Virus record (IMG/VR): IMGVR_UViG_3300045988_127212 | Location: 1-15,539 of that record | Source of the DNA: a virus | DNA length: 15,539 nt | Strand: one strand, 5' to 3' | Part shown: positions 14,341-15,539 of the stretch, one piece after another | How the letters are laid out: each line of letters starts with the position of its first letter | How positions within the stretch are numbered: position 1 is the stretch's first letter | Notes under the pieces: model-generated | Database searches by the model: none | What the model was told of the DNA's origin: nothing | The model's input: only the letters and a program-made list of their open reading frames with translations | Made by a program: the position numbers and the translations under genes

Positions 14341-15539
14341 TGTTTACCCACTTCCCACCACCTGCCTACGGCCCGCGCCGTGACCCTGCCTATCTCAGCG
14401 AAGAACCGCGCCTAACCGCGCTGTCTCTCTCGCTTGGCAAGGAACCTCAGCCCTGGCAACGCTACGTGTGGGACGTTGGAACTCAATTCAAGTACGACAA
14501 CGACGGCCGCAAGATTTACAAGTACAGCGACGTTCTTGTAACCGTGCCCAGGCAATCCGGTAAAACAACGCTACTTCGCCCGCTTCGCCTTCTTCGTATG
14601 ATCGAAAACCCCGCCGCGCGCCTGTTCGCGACAGCGCAAACAGGTAAACACTCTTCCCTGCGAATGCTAGATATGATTAGCGAAGTTGAACACTCGCCGC
14701 TGTCTTCGTTCTTCAAGCCCAGGAAGGGCAAAGGCGACGCAGGTTTAGAACTTATCGCGAACGGTTCGAAGCTCTCGCAGTTCACGCCTAACGAAGAAGC
14801 TATCCACGGCGAAACAGCGATCTACGTTGACCTAGATGAAATTTGGTATTTCTCAAAAGCCCAAGGCGAAGCGATTCTAGGCGGCGTGCGACCGGCCGCC
14901 GCGACACTCTACGGGAAAGCTCAACGCTGGTACACGTCAACCATGGGAACACTCGCAAGCGAATTCATGAATGAAATGGTAGACCGTGGCCGAAAAGGCG
15001 AAGATCAATCCCTCTGCTATATCGAATTCTCGCTACCCGAAGGCTTGGACTACAAAGACCCCGCGAACTGGTGGAAATTCCACCCCGCGTTAGGGAACAC
15101 GATTAACGAAGCCGTCTTAGCTGACGAACTCGCTCATATGAGCGAAGGCGAATTCATGCGTGCCTATATGAACCGGCTAACAGACGTTCAAGATGCGATT
15201 ATTCCGCTGCAAATGTGGGACGACCTGGCAGACACTACGGTAATCCCGCCGGCCCTGGACGAACTCACCGTGGCGTTCGAAGTTGCACCGTCGAATGCCT
15301 GTTCCGCTGTTGTGGCCGCGTGGAATACAGACGACGGCCCGGCCGTCCGCGTCCTGCACCAAGCGCCTGGCACGGCCTGGCTAATCCCCTATTTGAACGA
15401 TCTTATGGACCGTGGCATTACTCGATTCACCGCAGACGACGCAGGGCCGGTTAAACGTATCCTGGATAAGATCGGCGACACGCTACCTGTGCAACGAATT
15501 TCGTACCAGGAACGCCGCTTAGCTGACCAAACTTTTATT
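14340..15539 (+). CDS. terL: Terminase large subunit, N-terminal 400 codons. The ORF runs off the window end and continues at 56..268 on the circle, about 470 aa in total.
   Basis: Not in the supplied ORF track because it has no stop inside the window. My manual translation from ATG 14340 (ATGA overlap with the upstream stop) is open to 15539: MFTHFPPPAYG...VLVTVPRQSGKTTLL (Walker A) ...AIYVDLDEIW (Walker B-like). The frame matches ORF 5..268. Confidence 0.9.
   Translation, partial: MFTHFPPPAYGPRRDPAYLSEEPRLTALSLSLGKEPQPWQRYVWDVGTQFKYDNDGRKIYKYSDVLVTVPRQSGKTTLLRPLRLLRMIENPAARLFATAQTGKHSSLRMLDMISEVEHSPLSSFFKPRKGKGDAGLELIANGSKLSQFTPNEEAIHGETAIYVDLDEIWYFSKAQGEAILGGVRPAAATLYGKAQRWYTSTMGTLASEFMNEMVDRGRKGEDQSLCYIEFSLPEGLDYKDPANWWKFHPALGNTINEAVLADELAHMSEGEFMRAYMNRLTDVQDAIIPLQMWDDLADTTVIPPALDELTVAFEVAPSNACSAVVAAWNTDDGPAVRVLHQAPGTAWLIPYLNDLMDRGITRFTADDAGPVKRILDKIGDTLPVQRISYQERRLADQTFI
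15485..15539. repeat. Second copy of the 55-nt terminal overlap (identical to 1..55)
   Basis: Direct comparison with 1..55. Confidence 0.95.

Larger units (their letters stand above)
1..15539. mobile_element. Complete, circularly closed genome of a small temperate tailed phage (siphovirus-like, HK97-type head module); unit length about 15,484 bp
   Basis: It has full packaging, head, tail and lysis modules plus integrase, repressor, Cro-like and Xis-like genes. The window ends are identical, and the terL ORF continues in frame from 15539 to position 56. Confidence 0.85.

Noticed and set aside
14516-15454. Short ORFs at the window end: 14516..14785 (-), 15177..15362 (-), 15188..15373 (-) and 15215..15454 (+).
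   Set aside because: All lie within the terL reading frame that the track omits (open-ended ORF from 14340), either antisense or out of frame.
1-15539. I looked for CRISPR arrays, rRNA genes, transposase/IS elements, toxin-antitoxin pairs and recognisable defence or anti-defence genes.
   Set aside because: I saw no repeat-spacer periodicity, no transposase-like ORF and no recognisable TA or defence motifs. The unassigned small early ORFs (12021..12405 and 13201..13395) cannot be classified from sequence alone.

Overview
This window is a complete genome of a very small temperate tailed phage. The first 55 nt (1..55) are identical to the last 55 nt (15485..15539), and a terminase large-subunit ORF reads in frame across that junction, so the contig is circularly closed with a unit length of about 15,484 bp. 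I count about 24 genes. A long plus-strand late operon carries terS, terL, an HK97-type portal, a prohead protease-scaffold-capsid fusion, head-tail connectors, the major tail protein, a G/GT tail chaperone pair with a canonical -1 slippery heptamer, the tape measure, two minor tail proteins, an amidase endolysin, a holin and a membrane/coiled-coil protein. A two-gene minus-strand cassette encodes the repressor and a tyrosine integrase. A plus-strand early operon encodes a Cro-like HTH protein, small ORFs, a putative winged-helix replication initiator, an Xis-like HTH protein and an HNH endonuclease. GC is in the mid-50s percent by hand counts. GTG/TTG starts are frequent and neighbouring genes often overlap as ATGA, GTGA or TAATG. 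The protein families look actinophage-like, so an actinobacterial host is plausible, but that is inference. The most interesting signal is in the immunity region. A tRNA 3'-half (T-arm plus acceptor strand), the presumptive attP core, lies inside the repressor ORF, and both repressor and integrase end in Ala-Ala-Ala. This matches the integration-dependent immunity architecture known from some mycobacteriophages, here in a minimal 15.5-kb genome. Other observations are a possible nested capsid start, a candidate origin inside the initiator gene, a candidate cos region between HNH and terS, paralogous divergent regulators and a compositionally distinct early region. Functional calls rest on motifs I recognised by eye; no database search was run.
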